A stretch of DNA of 64,000 nucleotides from Amphiscolops sp. MND2022 (taxonomy: Eukaryota), in NCBI GenBank assembly GCA_964187785.1, contig OZ076409.1, forward strand, positions 67,086,001 to 67,150,000, written 5' to 3'. Position 1 is the stretch's first letter. Every line of letters begins with the position of its first letter. A model generated the notes under the pieces. It had not been told where the DNA came from. It did no database searches and saw nothing but the letters and a program-made list of their open reading frames with translations. Shown here piece after piece: positions 13,304-24,414 of the stretch. Both the position numbers and the translations under genes were made by a program.

Positions 13304-16300
13304 TCCAAGAGTTCGAAACATCTAAAGAATCGCCATTGTAAAAATTTTATCAAACGTTCATTAGTTCCGGAAGGTAGCCGAAATGATAAAACTCAAAGAC
13401 CGCTTCATCCTCGAATGGATGAGGAAAAACATTCGAAAATGTTTTTCTCTTCTGAAGAAAGTCCAAGATTTCCGAAAAAGATGCTCTGAGCGCTCAAAAC
13501 AACTTTTTTCAAAATTACAGTTAGAACTCGGAAAAAAAGATTTCTTAACAGGGATTTTCAAAAAGCAAAAACTGTAGACAACTCTTTCCGGTTAGTCGCA
13601 TTGTGCTGAAAAACCTAAGGTGGCCCTCGATGCTCGCAAGACGTGAGAGGAAAAGCGGCCAGTCCACTTGGAGAAACGTCAAAATACACGTATAGTGTTG
13701 AAAACAAAAACAAAAAGGAAGGACAGTTTGGTTTCCGCTCTATGTTCTCAAGCGCAAAAAAAATTTTGGTTTGGAGCGAGACTTGAAGCCGCAAACTCCT
13801 GCTTCTGAGACTTAATAAAACTTGGGTTCCGCTCTCGGCCAAGTGGCAGCTAGAAGTTACAACTTTTGAGAAATGCTAATTGAAAATTGTCATTTTGTTG
13901 GTGTTTAGAAAAGCCACTGTTTTAGTAGGTTCATCTTTTACGAACGGCGCTGACTGAAAATGACTTTGCTTTTCCCGAATATGAAAGCTTTTTCAAGATA
14001 TTTGGAGATATTCTTGTTGTTTCTGTAGGATTCTTTGTTTTTTAGTGCAAAAACATGGAGTGTTTATTCTGAAACGTCGGTTGCACATGTTTTTGTTCCG
14101 ATACGAAACGCTCTAGGTAAGCAAATCCATGATAATTTTTTCAAAAACGTTCAAAAGCGCCATTTTATGATCAAGAGTGGAAAATTTGTCTTTTAAGTGC
14201 CATTTACTGGCTTTTAAAATCATGAACTCCAGATTGCTTGTCGGAAGAGTTGTTTGTTCCGTAAAGGAACTTTTTTCAAACAGCCAAAAAAATAGACAAT
14301 TTGCGTGAAGTAATCAAAATAAGGACTTTCTAGTATTCGTATGGTAGCTTGGGGAGCATTTTTCACGAAAATTATCGGATTACTTTTTTTGTTACAGCGT
14401 ACGGCATAGCTGGTTTGTTTTTGTTGAACTTTCTGGATCTTCGAATCTTTTAAATAGTTTATGACGTTGGAACCCACGAAAACATTTGAAAACTGCACAA
14501 AAATTAAAAAAAAATTTAAAAATGAAATTTGGGATTTGTTTTATTATTTTGGTGTTGCCCTAACCGAGAAACCCAAAAAGCTCTACAAATAGATATTGCA
14601 CGAAACTGAGTTTTTGTCAGTTGAATTCTACGGGAAACCCTTTTCAATTTGGGTATGAAATTGGAACATGACAAACTTTGGGGTAAAACACGGCTGTGTT
14701 GTTAATTTTTTCACATTTCGGAAATAAGGGCGGAAAAAAATCACCACCCTCCGTTTGTTGTTTTGAAACGATTATCTAGACAATTTTATTTGCTTTGGCG
14801 GAATTGTTTCGAAAGACAAAAAAACTTCCAAGAATTTTACGTGACCTTAGCAAGGACAAACACCAAATATTTGTTCTGGTAATGAAAAAATAAACAATAA
14901 CCATAGCTTGCTGATGAAATTGAAAACGGGTAAAGTACTCTTTTTTTACGATAGAAGGGATATATAGGGAATAAAACACGACCTGTGGTACTACACGAAA
15001 AGTTAATATAATTAAAAATGATACCCTGTGCTAATTTTTGTACCAACGTTAAATTGTTGATCTACCAGTAAGCCAGAAAGCAAAGAAGTGCGATATAGTG
15101 TACTTGGGTTGTTTTGCGCAATAAATCAGTATTTAAATTGGGTCATTTTTTCATCTACTCCTAATTTTGTTCTCATTCAACTTGAATAACTATGGTTGCA
15201 TTAAATCCACGAAAACCTTCGTTGTCACTGCAACGTAAAGCTTTTTACGGCTCCTTGTGATTTGCGGTGCATTTATGATCATGAAAATTTTTCCGAAACG
15301 TGGCAGAAATCAGGCTTTGACTTGTTATCATGATTATAAAAGAGCTGTAAAATTCGATTCATGCGTGAAGTATTTCAGCTTTGCTTATAATCTTCAAGGA
15401 GACAAAGTTATTTTGCGATATTCAAAATCAGGCCAAAATCACGGCGACCCACTTTCGAAAGTTTGTTCAGGAGTCGAGTTTTAAAATGGAGTGACCTGAA
15501 TATATAAAGACTTATTTCGTAAAATGTTTTTTATTCAATGTAAAAGCAAAGCGCTTACAAAGTGAAGGAGTGTTGACTCCACGGGGCCATTCATGACTAC
15601 TATTGCTCTCAAAAGCAGTAATAATCAAAGTTTGGGTTTGAAATTGACGAATGGAACAGACTTCACTAATGTCCGAATATTTTGAAATAATAATTTTCAA
15701 AAAACTTTCCATTTTTGGAATTTTATGATTTTGGTTAATGATAGAGGTTCAGGAGTAAGCAAGTTTCTATATAATAGTATTGTAGCTATAAGTTACTCGA
15801 AGGAACTATAGACATGGAATCAAATGGAGTTTTCGAGCATTTCCAGAAGATGTAACACCACTAACGGCACATTTTCGCGCTTTTTCATTCAAAAGTCACA
15901 TCAGTCAGAAAATTTTCAACTTTAATTTCAGGAACATTTTTGGTCGAATATCTTTCGAATCCAGCAAATGCTCACCTCAGAGCCGGATGAAACTGCGTTG
16001 TACTGTATATTGATCACAAAATTGGATCGCATTTAACCTGTTAAGTATTCGCATTGACCTCCAGTTTACTCAATCAATTACCTTTGCGAGGTTATCAAAC
16101 GTCGAAAATGGGTCAATCTAATCAAGGCTTATCAACTCCAAAAGGACATTCTTAGTAATATAGAAGTATTCTGGGCGCCCATTCATTGTAATGGACAAGA
16201 AGTTTGGCGACAGAGATGTTATTTGGTTCTGACCTCTTTAGGACGATGAAGCAGTGTTTCGTTTAACCTTGATTTTTCACTTGAAAATCAAACAAGTTCC

Positions 16301-16872
16301 TACCTTGAGCTTACAGAATTCCAAATACACTTTTAGGAATGTTTCACTTCGCTAGCTGACGTTGTCTTTTTCTGAGTTATAATACAAGAGTTTTAAAACT
16401 GTTTTCGAAATACCTTTTAACAACCGGTTTGAAAAGTACGCAACTCTGAGACCCTTCAGATTTGAACTGCCACCTTCTTTCTGGGAAAACGTAACATAAA
16501 TAGGATATAACGTCAATAGTTCGAGAACAGCGTAATTTTTTTGTTGATGCGTTGTATCAAAAATAGCTCGATTTGAAATTTGAAAAACCTGGTCCGGAGC
16601 GGGATTCGAATCCATGGACTACTGCCTCCTATCCAACCCATGCTCTCTATTCACTGGGTCGAAAAGGGTCAATTTGATCATTGAATTGGTATTACAGCAG
16701 TTCAGAGCTCAATAGTTTAGTAGTTTCTAAAAACAATCCCTTTGAAACTAAGGTCTTCAACCTTCTCGGAGAAACAAAAAAACCTGTTTTTTCCACCAAA
16801 AATCAAGCGCTTGAACCAAATTACATCATTTCGAAAATTTTCTGTGTGGATTTTCACACTTACGACAGTCTG

Positions 16873-17535
16873 CCCAGGTTAACCATCATGGCTAATTCAT
16901 GGATATTCATCCATGATTCATGGATCGCCATGTCATGAATCATTCCATGATCTTGGAAAGATATCCATGATTCATGGATGATTCATTAATGGAAACCCAT
17001 GATTCATGGATGGAAACCCATGATTCATGAATTAAATCCCCGACGCCGAGGATGATCATCGATGCAAATTAATGCGAAGGCCCAGTTTTTGAACTGGCCG
17101 TTGAACTGGATACACCAGATTCGATGAATAATGAAAAGAATAGTACCATAAAATCTAGTTTTGGATTGATGAACTTCGAAAAGACCCTCAAAAATGATGA
17201 AAATACCGAAAAAGAGCACAAATTAAGCGGATATAATGGGATTGGACATCTATCGAAACAAACAAGTCAAATAAACCTCAGTTTTATGAGAACCCATACG
17301 CACAGAAATATTTGTCTAGGCTAAATTAGCTAAATTAGCTAATTCGAACATTTGAACGAATTTTTCAACATTGCAAATCATGGATGAATCATGGATGACA
17401 ATCATGGATGAAAATCCATGAAGCGTCACTCTGCCATGGGCCATCGATGTTTTTCCATGAATAAGTATGTAATGTGTTGAAAAATCCATGATCATAGATG
17501 AATATCCATGAATTAGCCATGATGGTCAACATGGG
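16873..17535. mobile_element. MITE with ~45-bp TIRs and CATGA/CATGG subterminal repeats (CMC/EnSpm-like)
   Basis: Left CCCAGGTTAACCATCATGGCTAATTCATGGATATTCATC. Right end is its near reverse complement (...GAATATCCATGAATTAGCCATGATGGTCAACATGGG). CCC...GGG termini, flanked by TG on both sides. Confidence 0.8.
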
Positions 17536-17635
17536 TGCTCGTATACCTCGAGGTTTTTGATAACCTTGATCGCTCCAGATCGAATCATTCTGACAAAAAA
17601 GTCTGACAAACAGGTACTAGAAAAATCGGCTCTAC

Positions 17636-18036
17636 TGAGCTGTTAAAAAGTTGTATGGTGGTTTCTTTTAGAAGTGTTAGTACTGACATAAGAAGTCTAA
17701 GATTTTAACAGCGGAGTCGTCTTATCTTTTATCTTGTAGCTAGCTAGTTCTGAGTGCAATCTATTTCTGAGATCTCAGTTCTTGAAGTATGGGAGGAAGA
17801 CCGATTGCTAGAATGAATTCTCAATTTCTCCGAGTAGATATATTCTATTAACTAGGGTAGGTTACATCAATTAACAATGTGACAGCAACAGGATGAATCA
17901 GGGGAGTTTGATACAGGATCTATTAAATGAAGTTTCTTAGTTTCTAAATTAGATTACATTTACTAATTGCTTTGGTTAAGAGTTCAGAGTATTTCAGATT
18001 TATAGAATCTTTGAGGACATGCATCATGGCATCACA
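17636..18036 (-). repeat. 3' LTR of giant element
   Basis: 401 bp, 4 mismatches to 34955-35355 by manual comparison. Confidence 0.97.
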
Positions 18037-19034
18037 ATCAACCGGGAATTTAAAATAAATTACATATATGCACTTTGGGTTTGAGGAGTTCTAGAAGTTT
18101 TTGTTATATGCATGGGTTTGTTTCATTTGTGTTGTACTAGAGTTGCATGAGTTTCGTTTTGTAGAGTACCATACTTAAGGAGTGAGAACAACCTAAGACG
18201 ATTTGACTTCTTACGTCATAGACGATTCAATTGGTGCAAAAAGGTTCAAGCAAGATTCAAGTTCTTTCAGTTTCTTTGACTGACAAGTTCTTTGAAGTTA
18301 TTGTTGACAACTATTTATCATTTCATGTTTCTTTTTCGTATCAGCCATCGGCTTGTTTGAAAAAATTCTTTCTTCAACATGAGTTAGTCAGCATTGAAAA
18401 TTTTTCAAGTTGAAGAATTAAAGCGTGAAGTCGTCAATGAGTTGTGAACCAACATTGGCGGGTATGTGAACCAAAAGTGAAGAAGTTTCGAAAAGTCAAG
18501 GTTCAAGTGAGAGTTCATTTTCAACAAAAGTGAAGAGTAGAGCAGAAGCAATAGTTGAAAAAAAAACTTTGGCTAGTTCAAGTTTCAAACATTGGAAAAC
18601 TAGAAGTGACATTTTTTAAGAGTTCTAAAGAAAAATTTGGAAAACTTTTTTCGAATGCTTTTGGGGATTAAAACAAAATTGTAGAACATGTTTTGTTAAA
18701 GAAAAAAATTTTTGTCCAAAAATCTTAGAAAATTTCTTGTACTGTAGGTAGGACTTGTGTTCTGTAAAAGATGGGGATTAGAGATTTATTTTTGGAGTGT
18801 ATAATTAGGTAAGATAATGTCAATGTACTATACACAATACAATGGAAGTAGATAATATTGTGGTTACAAGGATAATTATAGGTAGAATTTGGAAAGGATT
18901 ATTTTTAATGGAGGGGTAACTATACTACGATTAGAGGAGATTAAGATTAAATAAGAGTAGATAGCACTAAAGATTATATAAGAGTATATAGCACTATACT
19001 ATATGAAAGTTAGAATTTGATAGGTTACAAGAAG

Positions 19035-19343
19035 TTACAAGGTATATTTGTTAAATTTGATTATACAGTTCAGTTTGAAATTTGTATTGGCCATTGGAGT
19101 ATGAAGACCAGTCAAGAAGTCAGCAGTTGAGGTGTGAAGACCAGTCAAGAAGTCAGCATTTGAAGTGTGAAGACCACTCAAGAAGTATCGTGGAGTGTGA
19201 AGACCAGTGACGAGGACAACGTTTGGCAACGTCGATGAACCCAAAGTGGAGATGGATGTTGTTGACCATCGTGTGTGGGTGGAGTGAAGAGTTTCAGCAT
19301 GTGTAGGAGTTCTTTGAAGGAGTGATCGACAGCTACATCTCAA
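19035..19343 (-). CDS. Possible short accessory ORF with (L)TGLHT repeats
   Basis: Open frame of 102 codons with a non-ATG start. Contains four copies of (A/G)GT(G/A)TGAAGACCA (plus strand) at 33/33/30-bp spacing. May be a non-coding repeat. Confidence 0.3.
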   Translation of the reverse strand: MRCSCRSLLQRTPTHAETLHSTHTRWSTTSISTLGSSTLPNVVLVTGLHTPRYFLSGLHTSNADFLTGLHTSTADFLTGLHTPMANTNFKLNCIIKFNKYTL

Positions 19344-19417
19344 ACATCATTGAAGAAGAATGATGGATTCAAGAAGAGATGGAGGTGAAGAGTGATAAAA
19401 GTAAGTAGAATATTGGT

Positions 19418-19870
19418 TTAGTTGTAGAGAGGATGTTGGTGAGGTGGGTGTGCCTGATGTTGATGAGGATCATAGTGTTTCAGTTTCTGGGTATATCCAA
19501 AACTATGAAGCATCTCGTTGAATGCGTTGGTGGCTTCGTGGAGGGCAGCTTGAAAATATTGGTCTTTAGACGTGAACGCTGAGTTTAACACAAAAACGAC
19601 GTTAGAAGCCGTATCACAAATGGCAATTTTTGGTCCGGCGACATGAATCGTTGAATATTGTTCAAATGTAATGTGTTTCTTTTTGATTTGGGTGACATTA
19701 TATAAGACTTTCAGAAAGGCGATAAGAGATTTTGGCGTTATTTTATTGTTGTTTATCTCCAGGGAAAGTTTGTAGGCCATTGTGTGAAAAATAGCTGCTT
19801 TTAGGCTATGAACTTTTGAGTGGCTGGAAGTCATTGTAATTATATCTTGTATTTCAGCGTTGGTGGCCAT
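19418..19870 (-). CDS. Accessory ORF Z (150 aa, unknown function) of giant element
   Basis: Intact ATG-started ORF (GTCATGG context), globular-looking composition, His/Pro/Gln-rich C-terminal tail. Sense to the element. Confidence 0.7.
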   Translation of the reverse strand: MATNAEIQDIITMTSSHSKVHSLKAAIFHTMAYKLSLEINNNKITPKSLIAFLKVLYNVTQIKKKHITFEQYSTIHVAGPKIAICDTASNVVFVLNSAFTSKDQYFQAALHEATNAFNEMLHSFGYTQKLKHYDPHQHQAHPPHQHPLYN

Positions 19871-20288
19871 GACGAGAGAGTCCTGTAGAAGACGAAAAAG
19901 GAGAAGTGGAGATGTTCTGAAAGAGAATGGAAGGAGGAGGAAGAAGAATGGATGTTTCTAAAACAAAGGAAGTGTAAGAAGAATGACAATATCAAGTCAA
20001 AGATGTACAACAAAATTGGGTGCTTTAATGTATCATATGTAGTGTTGTGCTATATTGTCTTGTGTGTCTTATATTGTAGTGTTTTTAATAGAAATAGTTA
20101 GTTTTTTGACATGTACTGTAGGAAAAATTAGTGTACCTGAAAAATAGTCCTGAGATTTCATTCAAAAGCAAAAATTTACTTTAAATAAGTAGGTAAAAAT
20201 GAAAATACCTTGAAGGATGTGTCACAGATGTATCATAGAGTGTACCATAGAAGAAAAATTAAGAACTTTATATTACCTGTAGAAGATT

Positions 20289-21677
20289 TTAATGAAGATT
20301 AGTTGAGTTAAAAAGAGTAGTTATAGTTTCTAAAGCAGGTTGGATTGCTTGGGATGATTGAGTGATGCGTTGAGAGTCTAAATCGAGTGTCTGAAGGAGT
20401 TTGTGTGTTCTGTCGTAGCAGTGTAGTATATGTGTGAGTGTTGTGATAGGTGTTTCAGAGGAGTTTCGTTTATAGGGTTCAAGTAAATTTGTTATGTCGC
20501 GAAGTGTTCGGTTGTTTAATACAGAAAAAAGTTTGTCAGGAGCGTTTTTTATAGGTGAAGCGTTTGATTTTGGTTTATGTTCAGTTTTTTGTTCAGCTTG
20601 TACCATGAAAGAGATAGTTTTGGCAGAGATAAAGAGGAGTTCATTGTAGGAATACGTTTGCTTGTAGAGTGCTGTATAGTACGTTCTATCTTTATCGTCA
20701 AGTGGAGAAGAAACGAGGTGTTTAATAACAGTAAGATGTTTTGCAATTTGAGTAGGAATGTTGCAGGGCAACAAAAAATCATCGTAATGTATGAGATATT
20801 CTAGAGGTACAATAAGTGGACGTGAAGTATTGTTATATGGAAGCAAACAGAAGTATTGTTTTATAGGGTCATAGTTCCGAAGGTAGCCTGTTATACAGGA
20901 GTGGTCCAGAGTGTACATATTTGTCATTGTGAACGGTGATGTATATTTGTAATTGACAAAAATGTGATTTTGTGGTTTCGTGTATTGCAGGAATTTAGTA
21001 TTTGTCTGATGATGAGTAGCTTTTTGTGCTATAGAGAGAAAGGATGGATCAGATTCATCTGTTTTGAGATCGTATATAGAAGGTCGAAGAAAATTGAATT
21101 GGAGAGAGAAAATTTTAACTCCATTTTCGAGCCAATATTGGTATGTACCCATTCTTTTGGAAGCAATGGATGTGAAGAAGTCTTGATTTTTGTCATATAA
21201 GCGAAATGAATAGTCAGTAGGGTGCATATATAGAGTAGTTAGCTGTGCTTTGAAGACGAAATCGTCAGTAGAAAGAATTGAGATCAAATGATCATCGCGA
21301 TTCGTGCAAAGTGAAATTTTTGAAGGTATTGAAGGAGGATATATTGGTGATGAAAGAAAGATTGGATCTTTCATTATTTCATATCGTTTTTTTGGAGGAG
21401 GTGGTGTCGATTGTGTATGATCAGTATCATCTTGTGGAGGAGTAGGTTTTGGATTTTCATTTTCAACTTTTGTGTGTTCCATTGGTTCAAGAAAAATTGG
21501 AGGTGTTTGTTCTGAAGTCTCAATATAGAGAACAGGAGAATCATTTGAAAGAGGTCTAGTTGTTAGATCTGTTGGGGTTGCTTGTTCAAGCTGTGTTTGT
21601 AGGTCAATTTGTGCTTGTGTCATTGTTTTAAAAACATCAACAATCACAGTGTTATCTATTCCAAGAGGCCTTAGCAC
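20289..21677 (-). CDS. Accessory ORF Y (462 aa or more, unknown function) downstream of env
   Basis: Long uninterrupted frame. Contains PPPPKKR basic motif and a ~300-aa complex-composition region. 5' end probably damaged, originally extending to ~21830. Confidence 0.75.
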   Translation of the reverse strand: MLRPLGIDNTVIVDVFKTMTQAQIDLQTQLEQATPTDLTTRPLSNDSPVLYIETSEQTPPIFLEPMEHTKVENENPKPTPPQDDTDHTQSTPPPPKKRYEIMKDPIFLSSPIYPPSIPSKISLCTNRDDHLISILSTDDFVFKAQLTTLYMHPTDYSFRLYDKNQDFFTSIASKRMGTYQYWLENGVKIFSLQFNFLRPSIYDLKTDESDPSFLSIAQKATHHQTNTKFLQYTKPQNHIFVNYKYTSPFTMTNMYTLDHSCITGYLRNYDPIKQYFCLLPYNNTSRPLIVPLEYLIHYDDFLLPCNIPTQIAKHLTVIKHLVSSPLDDKDRTYYTALYKQTYSYNELLFISAKTISFMVQAEQKTEHKPKSNASPIKNAPDKLFSVLNNRTLRDITNLLEPYKRNSSETPITTLTHILHCYDRTHKLLQTLDLDSQRITQSSQAIQPALETITTLFNSTNLH

Positions 21678-21886
21678 TTTAAAGTTAAAGTACTATAAAT
21701 TTCACTAACGAGTGGATTTGTCAACTTTAGTTGAAGAGTTTTTGAAGACGGTTATTATTAGAGAAGTATTATTGGGCTGAGGAAGATGAACTTCTGCAAG
21801 AGTTTCGAGTGGTGGAGGAGTAGCAATTGTGAAGAAATAGTAGGCAAGTGTACTGAAAGAGAGTTAGAGAAAAACTGAGAGAGTGT

Positions 21887-24414
21887 TCAAGAAGATGGAG
21901 GAGGAAAAGGATAGTTTATCCGCGAATAAATTTTAATTGGTGTATCCGTAGTAGAAGTGACAGGATTGTTAATTAAAGTGTCATGTTGAGTAGTTAGATT
22001 GTCATTCGAGTGAAAGTTTTTATGAGTATAATTAGGAAGTGTAGGATGTTGAACAGGAGAGAAAAGAAGTGGAGTCGTTTTATGGTGAGAATTGTGGTGT
22101 CGTTTCGGAAAGAAGGTAAATTTAGGAAATTGAATTTTGTTAGATCGTTTAGTATAGAAACGTGGAGGGGAAGTAACATCGGTAGAATGGTTAATTAAAT
22201 TTGGAGAAGTGTCGATAAAATTATCTAAGGATTTGGATTTTAAAAGTGTACTTTTGGGTTTTTTGTTTTGAGTCTCATGGAGGTCACTGACCATTCGTGC
22301 TGTAAGAACATTAAAAAAACCATGTGCTATAGAACTAAGTAAAGTAATATTATTTTTGAGATTATATTTAATAGATTTTGTTTTGTACAGTTTTACAATG
22401 AGTGTAAGAGTAGCTTGTACGAAAAGAAATGTAGAAAAGTATATACCACATTGTGTGAGAATGTAACAAGGGTATCCAAAAAGTGCAATAAAAGCATCTG
22501 AAAACCATGTAGGTTTAAAAAGAGGAGTTAAATTCAAGAGTTTATCATGGAGTCCTATGCGTAATGTATTGTAAGGATTACCAGAATCTTGAGGGGAATC
22601 TGCATCGTAATTTGGAGTATTAGATGAAATGAAGGAATAACTAAAAGCTTTGCCTAGTAATTGGAGTGTAGAATCAGAATGTTTAGAAAATAAAATACGG
22701 TTCCAAAACTGATCAAGTTCTGCATTTGAATATATACCAGCATCTTGGGCTGTAAAAGTATTAGGGCGTATTGTAGTTTTGATTTGTGAGGGTGTAAACA
22801 TTAGTGGAGGTTTGCGTTTGATAGGTTCAGGTCCAAGAATGTAAAAGTCTTGATCGTCTGAATCAGGATCTAGTTCAATAATGTTACGTGGATTATTATC
22901 ACATTTAATTGGTGTAGCATAATCATAAGTTTGTCTTGTAATAGGATCAACGTACATTAAGGTATCTTTAAAGTGTATGGGTATATGGTCAAAGCATCTA
23001 TCTGCTTTGTATAAAGGAGATAAAAAATGAGGACAGTCATAAAGCCAGGCGGTTGAGCCTTCAACGTATAAGAAGTTACTTCTATTACCGGTTAAAAGGA
23101 AACCAGCAAGTTGAGGGTTTTGTACTGACATTGCGAGTATTGTAAGGAGTTGATTTCGTTCTAGTTCACATATTGTATGAAGAGTATTTAGTTCTTGTAC
23201 TGTCATTGATCGGAAGACATGATTAATAGTATAATCGATTTTGGTGTTTATATGTGCATCATAATTAATGGTAGCAAAATTGTTGAATACATTTAATGCA
23301 GGAAACACAAATTTGTTATTTGAAGTGTCCCATACTATTTTACCGGAAATATATTCATCAATCATGGAATGAGGATTGGGTTGTCCTGTATGCATATTGA
23401 AACCATCAGTGTATGTAACAAAAAGGTCTGAATATTGTGTAGAATAAAGAGGGTCTGGTTTACCACAAAAGGTTTGTGCTGTAGGGAAAACTTCAAATCT
23501 TGAAAGACTTGGATTATTTGGGTGTTGTGTATGAGGAGCATAAACATAGGGGAGTTTTTGTAGTGGGTTTACAGAAGCCATCTGCAAAGTAGCAGGGTAA
23601 TGTATGTCCATCAATTATCATGTCATTTGATGTGTCATCATATGTAAGTTCTACTTTAGAAACTTCTAGTCGCCAACTAACTAAGTTGACTTCGAATTGA
23701 TGATGAGCAGGACAGTTATGATAAGGGTTTTTTGTAGGGTCATATATCCAGTTTTTATCAGCAGGCATAAATGTAAATGTACCTGTATACATTTTGTTCA
23801 GTTGATATACAGTGAAAGGAGTTTGATATTGTTCTAAACGTTCTTGAAAATAATGGTCTTCTAAGAGTGTAAAGGTTTTGTTGTATTGAAGGTTATTCAG
23901 TATTTTATCATTTGTACCATTTAAATGTCGTATAATGTTTTTACATTCTGCTGGTTCAAGAGTAACAGGGAGCGGTAATGTATTATGATTCCATACGGTT
24001 CTATCAACACGGCGGTATTTTACGGAACCTTGAAAGCATATTTTTCTTTCTTTTTTTGCATAAGCAACACATTTAAAAGCTTTGATGCGTTTAGCTTTTG
24101 CTCGGACATATACACGGGCTTTAACACTTGCATGTTTAATGTCGGAAGGAGCATTGTTTTACATTGAGTAAATTAAATTGTCTCAGATTGTGTTGTTTTG
24201 CACAGTCATAATGAGAAACCATGAGATTTGTAATATTCGGGTCATCCGATGGAAGATAGTTGTCAGTGTCAGAGAGTGTTATGGGTATGGAAAAGGTAGA
24301 GTTAAATAAATGTAAATAAAGAATTAGAGTTGTTATGTAAAAGGTTGTATAGGGTTTAAAAAGATGTTGTATATTTAAGACCGGAGTATGGGTTACAGAA
24401 GAAAATATTGCCAT
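21887..24414 (-). pseudogene. env: env: class III fusion glycoprotein resembling chuvirus G / herpesvirus gB (two frame disruptions)
   Basis: Signal-like TTFYITTLILYLHLFNSTFS. N-terminal SHYDC...LLNVKQC. Core INTKIDY...ICELERNQL...GSTAWLYDC...DRCFDHIPI...PITRQTY...IKC. C-terminal TM segment YILTQCGIYFSTFLFVQATLTLIV and long tail. Several N-x-S/T sequons. Frameshifts at ~24160 and ~23545. Confidence 0.82.

Noticed and set aside
19095..19212. Regularly spaced repeats resembling a mini CRISPR array
   Set aside because: Intervening sequences are similar to each other rather than unique spacers, there are no cas genes, and the context is a eukaryotic retroelement.
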